This document shows positions 1-13,300 of a stretch of 64,000 nucleotides of DNA, piece after piece (the first letter of the stretch is position 1; every line of letters begins with the position of its first letter). The DNA is from the human T2T-CHM13v2.0 reference genome, Homo sapiens, in the NCBI RefSeq assembly GCF_009914755.1, contig NC_060935.1. One strand, written 5' to 3'. The position numbers and the translations under genes were made by a program. Below the pieces are notes generated by a model that searched no databases, was not told the DNA's origin, and worked only from the letters and a program-made list of their open reading frames with translations.

Positions 1-587
1 CCAGGGGAGTGGAGAGTGAGTACGTGGAAGCCTAATCTTGCACTTGGGCTTCCTGGGGTGGCCAAGATGTGCAGAGAAAATCATTGCACCCAATCAAGGA
101 CCCCCAGCCCATGAGGTTCTGAAGCACTGAGGAAAGGAGAATGCTGGTTTTATGGTTTCCATATATACCCTTCAGGTCTAGCTCTGGTTGAGCAGACCAC
201 ACACTATGAAAGAAAGGTCCTTAGATGTGACTTATGCCTGGATTTGGAAAGACTCCGCTCTTCCCCCATCCCATGGGCTCAGGCCCAGAAGGCTGATCCA
301 CAAGCAGATCTCACAAAGATGGCTGTGTCTCTTTCAGTTCCTCAGTTTCCAGTCAATGAAAGAGAGAGACATCCTTTCATCTCAGTGAATGGGGTTTGTC
401 CAACAATTCTGGGTAGATGTCAGGGAGGCAGAGGGACTCCCAGTAACTGCACAGACAGCCAGGCTCTGGGGAGACCATGCTTGTTTCAGACACATGGTCC
501 AGCCTTTGACCTCCACTCCTCAAGTCCACACTTCAGCTACTGGTCCTCTGCAAATAGGGTGGCTCATGACCCTCACCTGTTTCTCTT

Positions 588-880
588 CAGAACAAGCCCA
601 AATCTCAGTGTCTTACAAACAGCAAAGGTGTGTTTCCATTAATGATACATGTCCCATATAGGTCAGCGGAGGCCTCTGCTCCACTTGGTCACTCAGGGAT
701 CCAGGCTTTGGAATTTGCTATGGCCGAGAGGAGACAGCTGGAGGGCCATTTGTTGGCTCTTCTATGCTTCAGCCTAGAAATGACATGAGCTGCTCATGGA
801 CCAGACCTAGTCCCATGGCTCCACCTTAGTGTGAGGGGGCTGGGACACATTGGGGAACATTTGGGAAGCAGCACTATTTA
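588..880 (-). mobile_element. Old MaLR solo LTR (MLT1I/J-like)
   Basis: 'cccaaatctcagtgtcttacaaacagcaaaggtgtgtttc...ggtcactcagggatccaggct...gacctagtcccatggctccacc' resembles the MLT1I/J consensus in antisense; boundaries approximate. Confidence 0.6.
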
Positions 881-2865
881 TGCCCCAGACCATGTCCAAG
901 GGGCTGGAGCAAATTAGCTTTCCTAGTAGTGCCTTTGAGCCTCACCTTCCTCTCCTCCACACACCTGCACAGGATAGGACCAGAGGTCCAGTGGGTACCA
1001 GTCTAGATGGCCCCTCGATTTACAGATGGAGAAACTGAGGCCAAGCAGGTCGTGATTGGCTTGGTTACCAGCCCCTGCCAGGCCACCTCCACCAGCTGCT
1101 TTCCAGGGCAGTAGTGATCCTCCAGCGCTCTTTCCCTTGGCCTCTCCTTGTTTGTCCACTGGCGCCTTCTCCCTTGTAATTTTTATTTTATTATTCTCCT
1201 CTCCTCATTCTGAGGAACTTCCAAATGTCATTCTTTCTTTAGTTTTTCACCTCCACAGAGCCCTCCTTTTCTTTGTCTCCCTCCCTCAGGCAGGCTCTTT
1301 CCCTGTGAAGGGCTCTTTTTTTCTCCTCCTACAGAGCACACTGACCTTTTCCTCTTCTCCGTAGGACAAAGCCCGGCCTGGCATGCTCCTAACGGGAATT
1401 GGCTCTAGAAGTTCCGGTAATTGCTCTGTCCTTATTATTGAATCTGTGAAGCCAGTTTTGGTCAGGGCAGCCCCTCCCTTTCACCCACTCACTTGCTGGA
1501 GTCAGACTGCAGATGGGCTGCTAACGAGGTGACCAATTAATAAGCGCTAAATAACCCCAAAATGGTCTTTTTCTCCCTGGCCTGATTTTCAGGCCCCTTT
1601 GTTCCTCCTTGGGAATCTGTCCTCTATGACAAGACCACAATGGGGACTATTCCCAAACCTGACCCTGTGAGATGCTGACGCACTCAAGCCACGGTCACAA
1701 GACCCTACTGCCCAACTCCTTTGCTCTGGGGGTTATGGGAGCAAGGAGGGTTCCTGCCTCTCAGGAATAGTAACACAACTACCCTACATCATTGACCACT
1801 TACTGTGTGTTATATAACCCTGGTGAAACCTTTCATTTACTCATTCCTCCAAACAGACATGAATTGAGTACTTCTGAGGTGCCAGATACTACACAGGCCA
1901 GGCAGTCTGAGCCTTAGACTTGGGCGAAAGGGACCCTCACCTCAGGGCTTCATGCTTTGAAGCACATTCCTGATAATTTTCCAGGCCCTTCTCTGGTGCC
2001 TGGTACCTATTGATGCTGCCAGTGCTGACCAGGTAGGGACTCCTGAGCCCTATGTGAGCCCTGTTCCTGTTTCTTCCCACCCCTCCCCCGCTCCCCTCCC
2101 CATCCCCCAACACACACGGCTGACCAGATGCTCTGAAGCAATTCTAGGAGACTGGACTGGTGAGCACATTGCTCCCTCTGACTGACAGTATTTCTTCCAT
2201 GTGGTCCCATGAAATATTGGCACTAGGATGGTGCTGGCTTCCTCACTCAAATTGCTTATATAGACAGAGGCCCCACGGCAGGGGAAAAAATGTGCCCAGG
2301 ACCCTACATACCCTCCTGGTGGCCTTGACACTAGAGATATGGTGGTGAGAAAAACAGAAACAATCCCTGTCCCCATGGCAGTCATAACACAAACATCAAT
2401 CAAATGAGGACCAGAGGCTATGATCAAAGGTATCTGAGACTCCACAAGGGAACTGACCAACTGAATGAAGAAGTTGCTGCTGTCAGCTTCATTTACAAAT
2501 GAGGAAACTGAGAAACAAAGATGTTGGACTCCTGCCTGATGGCCTGTGCTAGTAGGACCAGAAACAGACTGAGGAACTTGGTTCCCTTGTGTCCCGTTAA
2601 GTATAGGACTTCCTCCACCTGCTCAGGCTAAAGGAGGAAAACTCTGGCCTAGAAGCAGGGAGATGGTAGTTTTGAGGACAACTTTACCAGCAAGTGAGAG
2701 AAAACTCAGCACAAGCTGATTCATACAAAAAAAAGAGAGGAGAACTAATTGGCTCTTAAGGAATCTCTTAAAGGGTCCAGGAGTGTTTGTCTTCAGGTAT
2801 GGCTGGATGCAGGTGCTCAGATGATATATTCCCAAGATCAATCACCTTCCCTCTCTCCACTATCC

Positions 2866-3934
2866 TTTTTTAAAATTGGAGCATAACTTACATACAGTAA
2901 AATGTACAGACCTTAAGTGTACATTTCAATGAATTTCTACACAAAAAAATTACTACCCAGATCAAGCTACAGAATTTCCAACATCCCATAAGGTTTCTCT
3001 TTGCCTTACCATAAACAACAATTCCTTAAGGGTAGGCACTGTGCTAATTCCTGTCACCATTGTTTAGTCTTTCCTATCGCTGGTTTCATATAAATGGGAT
3101 CATAAGAAGGTATTCTTGTATGACTGACTTTGCACAGTCAAAATCATGATTGTGCAATGTATGCCTCAGAAGTTCGTTCTTTTCATTGCTGAGTACTATT
3201 TCATTATATGCATATACCACAAATTATTGTTCATAAACACATAGACTGTTTTCAATTTTGGCTCTTGTGAGCAAAGTTGCTATGTGCATGTCTTTGGGTC
3301 AAAAAAAGCACTCATTTCTATTGGGTACCTAGGACCAGAGTTGCTGAAAAACAGAGCCTATGTATGTTTAGCCTTTGTGGAACTTTCAAATAGTTTTCTG
3401 AAGCAGTGATCACTATTTACACTCCCATTAGCATTTTTAAATTGGACTTTATGTCTTTTGCTTACTGATTTCTACGAGTTCTTCATATATTCTGAATATT
3501 ACAGTGCTTTGTCTGATACATGAGTTAAAAATATCTTGTCCTAATCTGTAGCTTGCTTCTTCTCTCTCTTAATGGTGTAGTTTTATGAAAAGAAGCCCTT
3601 AATTGACTAAAGTCCAACTTAACATTTATTTTGTGTTTACTGTTGTGCGTGTACATATTCATGTATATCCTATTGAAGAAAACTCAGATGACTCCAAAGT
3701 CATGAATATGTTCTCTCTTGTTTTCTTCTAGAAATTTAATTGTTTTAGCTTTCACATTTAGATCTATGATCCTTCATGCATTAATTTTTGGAAATGATGT
3801 CAGATAGAGGTCAAGGTTCATTTTTTTTTCTGCATGAATATCCAATTAACCCACACCATCAATTAAAAAGTGCAACTCTTCCTCTCCTGAACGGTGGTGG
3901 AGCATTTGTTGTAAATCATGTGATTGTATATGTG
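2866..3934 (-). mobile_element. 5'-truncated old L1 (L1ME/MC-type 3' end and ORF2 tail)
   Basis: Begins with a T-tract then 'aacttacatacagtaaaatgtacagaccttaagtgtaca'; L1-like antisense body; flanked by an imperfect TSD tctccactatcc (2854-2865) / tctccactttct (3935-3946). Confidence 0.8.
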
Positions 3935-4247
3935 TCTCCACTTTCTTTCCTCTTTATTAGCCACTGATGTGGTCACTTCGTGTGGTGGCAAGATCATCCC
4001 CTGTAACCCTAGGCTTACATCTAATCACCTTAGCAGTTCCAGGTGAAAAGCACACCTCTTTCCCATCAGTAGTCCCAGCATTGCACTTGGCTTTCCATAG
4101 CAGTCTTCCATCAGTCCCTACGGTCAAATGCTGAATGGCCAGGGTTTGGTCACATGCCCATCCCTGAGGGTGGGGCAGAGGATGCAGAGAATCCCACCCA
4201 AACCTCTGGACTGGAATGGAAAAGGGGTGGTTCTTCAAGGAAACTTG

Positions 4248-4310
4248 GGATGCTGTTACCAAAAGAAAGGGAAATGGATGCTATTACCAAAAGAAAGGGA
4301 AATGGATGCT
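4248..4310. repeat. 28-bp tandem duplication (2.25 copies) inside the MLT1K-like LTR
   Basis: ggatgctgttaccaaaagaaagggaaat (4248-4275), ggatgctattaccaaaagaaagggaaat (4276-4303), ggatgct; one mismatch between copies. Confidence 0.95.
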
Positions 4311-6789
4311 GGGGCAAACAAAACAAATACTACTTAGACTCCATGACCATTGGGCTCCTCAATCTTTGAATCTGTCATTCTCCTGTGCTAGCTTAACTGT
4401 GGGGTGCTTCTGGACACCAGACACTATGTGAAGCACTGCAGGTGGTACAGACTGCTTTAAGATTTTGTACACAGCCTGCCTGATGACAGATAAGATGAAG
4501 GAAAGCTGAAAAATGCCCCAGCATGACTGAATCTCCTGGCTTATCAAGGGACTCTGGCCAGTGTTGGGCGCCTCCGAGTTGCCACCATTAGGCTACCCAG
4601 GGAAGGCGGGTCCGTAGAGTTTCACATCATGCCTCATTTCACCAGGTGTGATTTCCAATGAGACATCGCTCCACTGGGGACTAATGATGCGGGGAGAGTA
4701 GAGCAGGGAGGCTGTGATTTCCAATATGCACCAGCCAGCCATTACTAGCAGGAAATGGATTTTTGCTGGGTAATCAAAGTCAAATCCCTCACTTTTCCCA
4801 CCCCTAAGTGCCCCTGCCACTGGCCCCCATCACACGCAAGGTGACTTCACTCTGCCCTGTTCCCTGAGTCCTCAGCAAACCAAAGTCCAAGCCGGGCTCC
4901 CCACCATTCCACTTTCCCCTCCCAAGGAGACTGGACATACCCTCTCCTAGGATACCTGGATTCCTGTGTGGGAAGGCAGGCTGTGTGGAGAAGCACAGGG
5001 AAGGAGGAGGGGTGAGGTCACAGGAGGGAGGTCTTCACCTGGCGGGGAGTGCAGGGGAAGTAAAGCAACAATGTCAGAGGTTTAATCAACCTTTGAAGAC
5101 TTCACAGTGTTTGGACAGAAGTGTGTGAATAATATTCATTTGGATTGGCACCTGTGCACACCACTGAAAGGAAAATAGCGTTTTGTCGCCGTTGTGATGA
5201 GGAGCAAGCAGTCTAGGGAGACAGGCTGCACATCCTGGCAGCTGTGAAGGTGGGGGTTTTTTTCCCCTTTTCTTTCCGACTCACTGTGACCCTCTGACTC
5301 CTTGAAAATCCAGTGGCTCTTGAGTCAACGCCTGACATTCCTTTTTCTACTTCTCCAGACAGAGCGGGGACAAGAAAATACCTGGCAAGGGCATTCAGCC
5401 AGGATGGGAGAGGGCCTGCCACCAGCCCCCTGGGTGGCCATGAACAAGTGGGATTGTGCCTCTGGGCCTCAGCTTCCCTGGGTGCCATAGGCAGATAATC
5501 TGCCTGTCCTTCCTTACTCCCCGCTTTGGTGTGAGGGTCACAACAAGAGAGGTAACCCTGAAAGTCAAGAGGGTTATTTGAGGGTGAAGCCATTCCCCTC
5601 CTCCTGAAAGAAGCCCAGTGCCTTCAACCACTAAGACACTTGCCTCAAGTGGCATCTAGGGACCCAGTGTCTTGGATGAGTCCTTCCTCTCTTATTCCTC
5701 AGTGTTCATGCAACTTCACCACCCCTCATCCTTATTTCCCTCACACCCAGGACAGTCAAGTCTCCAGGGTAAAGAAGAATCTCTATACCCCAGCCACGGA
5801 CATTGTTGAAAGCTGGGAATTGCCAGTCTTTGCTCTGGGCTCCTAGCCCAGCTCCCCAGGCACAATGGATTCTGACAATCATTCCTGTGCTCACGCTGCC
5901 CCATACCATTAACTCTGTCTCTTAGGGACACTGCAGCCTCCTGTAGATCAGAGTTCTCCTTCCTATTGTTGACTGATCCATCATGGCCATGAGGCTGCCT
6001 TGAAAAGACATGCCGGTGCTGAGAACTCTAGACCTCCCTAGCCTGCCTGTCAGGGTTCTCCTGAGCCTTAGCATTTTTCTCTCCAGTGAGTGCTCTCTCT
6101 TCCTTCCTAGGGTCCCCCCTGACCCTCATCTCTTCCAGCCTACTGTTCTACTGAAAACCTCCCCTGCACCCTCTACCTCTCTTCCCACCCCCTTTCCTCC
6201 CTCTCCTTCCAATCTTTCTTCCTTTATCTTCCCCCTTTCCTTCCCTTCTCCCTGATTTTTCTCACCTATCCACTCCTTCTCCTCCCATCTTAGGCGGTCA
6301 CTCCTTTTTTCTTCCCTACCCCACATCTCCTCGGTTTTTCATCTTCCAAGACAACTCTCTCTAGAGAACAGCCGAAATTCCTCTTCCCAGGCAGCGCCAA
6401 AACAATTCTAGTGTCGGACTTTCTAAACTATCACCACCGGATAGTTCTTAAACACACATCTCACACCATGCGCATGGGATCCAGGACCTGCCGGAAGGTC
6501 TTGTGGTTGGCGGTGACACATGTGCCACACACAGCACAGACGAGCCCACCACACTAGTCACACAGGATGGGACTGTTTCCAGCCCCCACATTCCATCTGC
6601 TGGCAGCAAAGTGGAGCTACTGAGATTTAGAGTGGACGGACCCTTATTAATCACCTGGGCCCCAAATTCATTGCAATCCCCATATCAATACTCATAATAT
6701 AGCTTGTTTGCTGTTCAAACTTATATATTTTTGAATATTAATGCCTAATATTATTTCAGTTGCTTCTATGTTGGTTGGTTGGTTGTTTT

Positions 6790-7100
6790 ACTATCTATAC
6801 TATCATGTACATACTATACTATAGTATGATATATGATACTATAATATAGATACTAATAAATATTAGCATAGTAAATACTAATAGTATATACTATTAGTAT
6901 AGTAAATACTAATAGTATATACTAATTAGTATAGTAGAGAGTATAGATACTAATAAATATTAATATCTATATTATAGTATCATATATCATACTATAGTTT
7001 AGAATATAGACTATAGTATAGATAGTATCTATAGTATAGTGTAGTATCTAGATTATAGTATTAGATAATATGTAATATTAGATATTAATGTCTATCTAGA
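6790..7100. repeat. AT-rich low-complexity (TAGTA/TACTA) tract with nested palindromes
   Basis: Perfect 35-bp inverted repeat 6818-6852 / 6964-6998 and a perfect 26-bp palindrome at 6875-6900. Confidence 0.9.
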
Positions 7101-7369
7101 GAAAGGACTAAACTGGAAGAGCCACAGAAACCCTAAACAAAAATAAGAGAAAGAAACTGCTCTACAGGGTATTAAAAATAGTTTAAAACCATCATAGTTA
7201 AAATAGTCCATTATTGGCGTGGGAAGGGAGAGATAGCTCAACGGAAAAAATAGAAACCAGAAATAGGCCTAAATATAAAACATAATTCAGCCTATGATAG
7301 AGGTGTCTTTTCAAATCAATGGAGAAAAAGAAGGACTTGATCAGCATTATTTGGGGGAATTGTCTAATT

Positions 7370-7657
7370 CTGTGCTGTCTAGTACAGCAACCACTAGCCA
7401 TAAGTGCCTCCTGTGCACTTGAAATGCCACCAGTCCAAAATATACACTCTATTTTGAAGAGTTGGTATGAAAAAATGTAAAATAGCTCATTAATAATTTG
7501 TAGCTAGATAACGTGTTGACATGATATTTTGCATATAGTGGGTTAAATAATATATCTTATAATTACTTCTGCCTGCTTTTTACTTTTTTAATGCAGCTAA
7601 TAGAAAATATAAAATTATATACGTGGCTCACATTGTATTTCTACTGGATAGCAGTAG
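7370..7657 (-). mobile_element. MER33-like hAT-Charlie MITE
   Basis: Ends ctgtgctgtctagta / tactggatagcagtag form a degenerate TIR; internal 'ccactagccataagtg...cacttgaaatg' and 'gtggctcacattgtatttcta' match MER33. Confidence 0.8.
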
Positions 7658-8093
7658 TGTAACCATATGTAAAAAGTAAAATTAGATCTCTATCTCACTC
7701 CTTATACCAAAAATAAAATCCAAATACATCAACGATTTTAATGTAAAAATGACATCCTGAAAGAAAATACAGATGATTTATTTTATTATTTTATTTTATA
7801 TTCCTGGAGTAGAGAAGATCATTGAAAACACAAAACTACAAATCTTTTTAAAAGATTGATAAATTTGATATAAAAAGTAAAATTGCTTCTGTGCAAAAAG
7901 ACCTTTAATAATATCAAAACACAAGTTTAATAGGAAAAATATTTGTAACATATAATGGCAAAAAGTTAATTTGTTATGATAAGAAAAGCTCCGACAAACC
8001 ATTTAAAAAAAAACAAAATATGAACAGCCCTATAGAATTGGCAAAGGATATAAATTAGCTATTCAATGAAAAATAGAAATTAAAAATCATCAA

Positions 8094-8199
8094 TCTTGAA
8101 ACAAGTGGTAAACCCATAATGACAGTTGACTTGGGGTGATCTACTTATGGGAGTTCATGATATAGTCTCTCTACTTTTGCATGATTGAAATTTTGTATA
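8094..8199 (+). mobile_element. ~106-bp extremely truncated L1 3'-end insertion with 12-bp TSD
   Basis: Flanked by aaaaatcatcaa at 8082-8093 and 8200-8211; body 'atgggagttcatgatatagtctctctacttttgcatgattgaaatttt' resembles an L1M 3' terminus. Confidence 0.65.
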
Positions 8200-8876
8200 A
8201 AAAATCATCAAAGTGCATATAAAAATGCTCAACTTCACAATTAAAGAAATGAAAACTTGAAAACAGAATATTATTTTCTTCCAGCAGATGACAAAACCTG
8301 AAAGATAATAAAGGTAGCAGGATACTAGCTTCCTCATTGTGGTGGTATAAATATGTGCCACCTCTTTAAAAGACAAATTTGGCAATAATTATCAAAATTG
8401 TCAATGCATATCCTTTGACCCAGAAACTGTACTTCTAGGAATTTGACCTACAAAAGCATAAACAAGTATACAATAATAGTCAATGCAGTATTATTACAGT
8501 AGCAAAAAATACCAACCAAACAACCTAGAAGCAACTGAAATACCCATCAACAGTGACTAGAGAAGTAAACGTTGACCAAGCCATGCCATGGAATTATGCA
8601 GATATTAAGAATGAAGTAGACCTATGTATACTGGTATGGAAATATCTCCAATCTGTATCAGTAAGTGGAAAAAAAGGAAATTACAAAAATTAACTATGAT
8701 ATAATTCTATGTGTAATTTTATAAAGATATAATTATGTTGTAATCACAACAAGCATTTCTGGAAGAATCAGTCATATGTTAAAGTTAGTTACCTCTCAGT
8801 GGTGAGAAGAACTCAGGAGTAGGGAAGAAAACTGTTTAATTTCTGTTATCCTTTTATGATGTTTGAACTCCTTTTT

Positions 8877-9690
8877 TAAAAAAAACATGCTTTGAAAAGA
8901 TGTCCAGCATCACTAATCATTAGAGAAATGTGAATCAAAGCAACAATGGGACACCTCTTCATATCCATTATCATGGCTATTGTAAAAATATATATATAAC
9001 AAGTGTTGATGAGGGTGTGGGGAACTGGAATCCTTGTACACTGGTGGCAGGAATGCAAAAATGGGACAGCCACTGTGAAAAACGGTGTGGTGGTTTCTCA
9101 AAAAATTAAAAATAAAATTACCATGTAAATCAGCAATTCCACTTCTGGGTATCTATTTGACATAATTGGAAGCAGGTTCTTTCCATTTGTACACTCCTGT
9201 TCACACCAGCATTAATGCACAATAGCTAAAACATGGCAAAAACAAAAGTGTCTATCAACAAATGAATGGATAAGCAAAATGTTGTATATACATACAATGA
9301 AATATTATCCAGTCTTAAAAAGGAAAGAAATCCTGGTACATACTACAACCTGGATGAACCATGAAAACATTATGCTGAGTGAAATAAACCAGGCCCAAAA
9401 GGCAAACATTGTATGATTCCACTTATGTGAGATACCTAGAGTAGTCTAAATCATAGAGGCAGAAAGTAGAATGGTGGATGTCAGGGGCTGGAGGAGAAAG
9501 GGGAAGACGGAGTTATTGTTTAATGTGTACAGAGTTTCAGTTTTGCAGGACGAAATGAGTTACGGAGATGGATGGTGATGATGGTTACACAACATTGTGA
9601 ATATATTTAATACCACTGAACCGTACACTTAAAAATGTTTAAGATGGTAAATTTTATGTATATTTTACTACAATAAAAACAATTGAAAAA
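8877..9690 (+). mobile_element. L1MB-type 3' fragment
   Basis: 'cagcatcactaatcattagagaaatg', 'cagcaattccacttctgggtat', 'tacacttaaaaatgtttaagatggtaaattttatg' and an A-rich tail. Confidence 0.85.
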
Positions 9691-9787
9691 AGTTCATCTA
9701 CTATTTAAAACTTTCAAAGTATGGTTTTAAAAATTATCTAGTCTAACCCTTCATGGTTCAGAAAAAAAATTGAAACCCAAGAAGGGG

Positions 9788-10315
9788 TGTGTTTTGGTTG
9801 CTATTAACAAATTACTCCTGAATTAGTAGCTTAAAACAATAATTTTATAGCGTTTGTACTTTTGCAGGTCAAAAATTTGGGGAGAGTTTGACGAGGCAGC
9901 TGTGACTTAGCTGCTGCAGTCACACATGGGCTGGAACTGCAGTCATCTGAAGGCTGGGCGAGACTGAGTGGCTCACGGGGTTCATTCCCCACGGCCAGCC
10001 TGGCCACTGGCCGGGAGCTCAGTGGGGCATGGCCTTGAACAGGAACACCTCTCCAGCATGGCACTCTCAGGGCAATTGGATTTCCTACATAGGGGCTGTT
10101 TTCCCCCAATGACAGTGTCCCAAGAAACTCAGGCAGAAGTTGCACAACCTTTTCCAGCCCAGCCTGGAAAGTCAGACAGCATCAATGCCACTGTTCTGTA
10201 TTAGTGGAGTCACAAAGCCACCTAGATTCAAGAGAAGAAGACACAGATCCACCACCACCACCTCTCACTAAGATGAGTGTTAAAGAAGTCTGTGGCCATG
10301 TTTAAAACCACTGCA
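9788..10315 (-). mobile_element. MLT1G/H-like MaLR solo LTR inserted in a MIR
   Basis: 'aacaaattactcctgaattagtagcttaaaacaa...gcagtcatctgaaggct...ggccatgtttaaaaccactgca'; MIR-like halves on both sides. Confidence 0.65.
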
Positions 10316-13300
10316 GGAAGTAAGTTACCCAACAGAACAAAGAGTGGCAGAGGCCAAATCGAGAGCCATTGAGCGCATCCTCAATGTGACCTCCCTGCCT
10401 CCAGCTCAAGCTACCCAAACATACAGACTCCATCCTAGCAGGTGAGATCATCTAGGCCCAGTAGCTGATTCCAGGACTCCAAAGTTCTTCCTCAGCTCCT
10501 TGTCCAGCAAGGCCCAAAAGGAGACTTTGGCCCCATTTTATGCAAATCTCTCATTCTCTAGAGGTGTCCTCTGGGCAGACACACAGGAGCAGACAGACTT
10601 GCAAGGAACTCCTATTGTCATCCATTTATTAGTCCAGGTAAGGAACACTGGGGACTCCTGGTGATAGCTTCATTACTGAGTCATGCCTGCCTCCCCTACC
10701 CCACTCGCTCTTCCCTCTCCTCTACCCAATTTCTCTGCTCACCCCTTTTCTTCCTCTTCAAAAGCTGTTGGCAGAAATTGTCAGGCAGTTGATCAGATTT
10801 ATTCAATTTAGACTTAACAGACCTGGGACTCCTATTTCTCCTTCAAGTTCATAAGGTTTTTGATTCCATTTACAGGTTTATTCATTTATCAGATATTCAT
10901 TTCAATTCACTTTAAACACCGGACATGGGGAGATGGGTTCAGGGGAGATGCTCATCATTCATTGCTGGGGCTCCTTGGAGAGTTGTTGGCTGTGCCCATT
11001 CCATGTGGGCCGTGGCATTTCCAGGCATGGAGTGCTTTAAAGCGACAGGACACCAAGTCTGCATATTCCGAGCAGGGTGGGACTCTCAGGTGAGCTTGGT
11101 CCTAGTGGCTTGGTGCACTCTTGGGTGCCTATGGGATCCCCCAGACTGGGTGGTACTTCCATTTTCTAACTTAGCAAATGCCACCTTTTCAGATCGGGAG
11201 CTTCTTTGCAGTCTCATTCCTTAGGGGTAATAGTGAAAGGCCCCATTAGTGTCTTCTTGCACAATCCCAGATCAAGAGCCCCAGGCTCAGCCTCTACTAC
11301 CTGCTCCCATTATTATGCCCCTCCATATATCTCAGGAGAGGATGCTGCCCCAATCCTCCTAGAGTTAAGGGGTCTCCAGGCCTCCAAGGAGAAGCAACAG
11401 GAAAAGGAGTCACTGGGGAGATCCCCTTTGCTCTTCACAGGGAGGGCCTACCAGCTGCAGAGTCACCGCACCCTGGGGCCCAGAGCCCACCCACCACCAT
11501 CAGGAAACTCCTTCACACATCTTCTCTCCACCCTCCTGCAATAATTTAAGCCCATTCATTCTCCATCTGCCATCTGTCCATCATATTCCGGAAGGAAAAA
11601 AGGGGAAAAAACCTGTTATTTGAACAACATTATTAAGCCTTGTTACTCTGATTAATTCCCCCCACAAAAGATGTGCCAGATTCTTCAGCATTCCTCTGAT
11701 GAACATATGCCTGTTTCCCTGTCCAAACTCCCCTAAAAAAAAAAGCAGACCCTACCATGCCCCAGCCCTGGTATGTGGGCTGGGCCCAATCCATCCCCTG
11801 CTCCCACGTGGGCCTCTGGTTCTGGGTGGGTAAAAGACAGAGACAATGGCACTCAAGGACCCTTGGCCCTGGAGATGAGAACACAGGGAAATGGTGTCCA
11901 GTAGCAGGGGTCATAGGGAATAGCTGGGAGAAGCGGGACATCCCCATGTAACAGTGGGGTGATGTCCTGGCCAGACATCTGCTAAAAATCAATAATTGTC
12001 CTCCCTGTCTTTTACTCTCGCAGACCATCTGAACATCCCTTGGCCCTGATAGCCCTCTACAAATTTTCTTTTCATTTATTCCACCCAGAACCAGTTCCTC
12101 TTGTTTGCAACCAAGAACTTGCCCTCTACTCCAAGGAACAGGAGGCCAAGACATTCTGTCCCTAGGACCTGAGCAAGCAGCTGACAGAGGATGCCCCTGA
12201 GGTGCCAGGCCTGCCCCACAGCAGCCCTCCTGACAGCCAGGCTCCACCCCTGGGCACAGGCAAGCCGGCATGGGCACCGGAGGCCAGCACCTCACTCAGC
12301 TGCCCAGGCAACTCCCTTCCCATTCCCATGGCTAGTCAAGCTGCTGGTGGGTTGACATTGCGCCCTCACTTGTGAGGGTCCTGGGACTTGAAGAGTCTCA
12401 GAATTTTTTGACAAGATGACATGTACAGAGATAAAATAGCTATAGTGCTTCCTGCCTTTAACCTTGAACTTGCCTCATACATCCTCCAAACACACACATG
12501 CACACACGCGCACACACACCATCTTACCTCAGAACAAAGACAGGCAGAGCCCAAGTTCAGGTAAAAGCTTATGGGAGGTCAGCAATGCCAACCTTCCGCT
12601 CCCACCTGAGGAGGACTCTGGGAGGTCCCTTAACCTCTCTCAGCAACAGCCTCCCTGGAAGGAAGACCAGGAGAGGGACCTTCCTTTATCTGCTCTGTCT
12701 GTGTGGAGAGCTCGGGATCCAAGAGGACATTGTCCTGAATGCTGTACACAACAGACGCTGCACACAGCTGGCCCTCCTTGTCCACCCTGGGGCTCTGCTG
12801 GAGAAAATGAATGTCCTTCGAGAGGCTGCATATGAAATGCAACTGTTCCATCTTGCTGACCTTCTTAAGGAAATAGAGAAGACAAATTTTTTTTTCTTCT
12901 TGTCCCTGAAACAATATTCACATGAGCCCAGAAAAAAAAAATTGTGATGTGACTATTTCTCCTTTCAGATAGCTTGTTCCAGAGAAGTCAAGAAAAGAGG
13001 TAGGGAAGGGGAGATCAGAACTTGGAACTTTCTGGAAAGCAAAAAAGAGAGAAAGCATAAACAGCATATCCAATTTGAATCAGGAGGTGCATTCTAGATC
13101 TACCTCTCATTTTGAGACCATAAGCAGTCCTTTAACCTCTCTGGCCCTTGGTTTACACGCCTGGGAAATCGGCATAGTAGATGTGCCTCTGACTTACAGA
13201 TCTGAAGAGGGGACTCTCTTGGTAGGCTATGCTTCCTTTATCTCTATAAAACCCTCCTCACTCCCTGCAGTGCCCATCAGAGCAAATTTCACTTTGTGGA

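Larger units (their letters stand above)
2690..4335 (-). mobile_element. MLT1K-like MaLR LTR split in two (about 2690-2865 and 3935-4335) by an L1 insertion
   Basis: 'cttcaggtatggctggatgcaggtgctcagatgat' and 'gtggcaagatc...aggcttacatct...ggtcacatgcccatccctga...ggatgctggggcaaacaaaac' follow the MLT1K consensus colinearly across the gap. Confidence 0.65.
7100..8870 (+). mobile_element. Degraded old L1 (L1ME-like ORF2 end and 3' UTR) with nested insertions
   Basis: L1-like segments 'gaaaccagaaataggcc', 'aaattgcttctgtgcaaaa', 'tcctttgacccagaaactgtacttctaggaattt' in colinear order. Confidence 0.7.

Noticed and set aside
11633-12947. 220-aa and 149-aa ORFs in unique sequence
   Set aside because: No recognisable domain, non-ATG or repeat-embedded starts, and lengths plausible by chance in GC-rich DNA; spliced exons cannot be excluded without RNA data.
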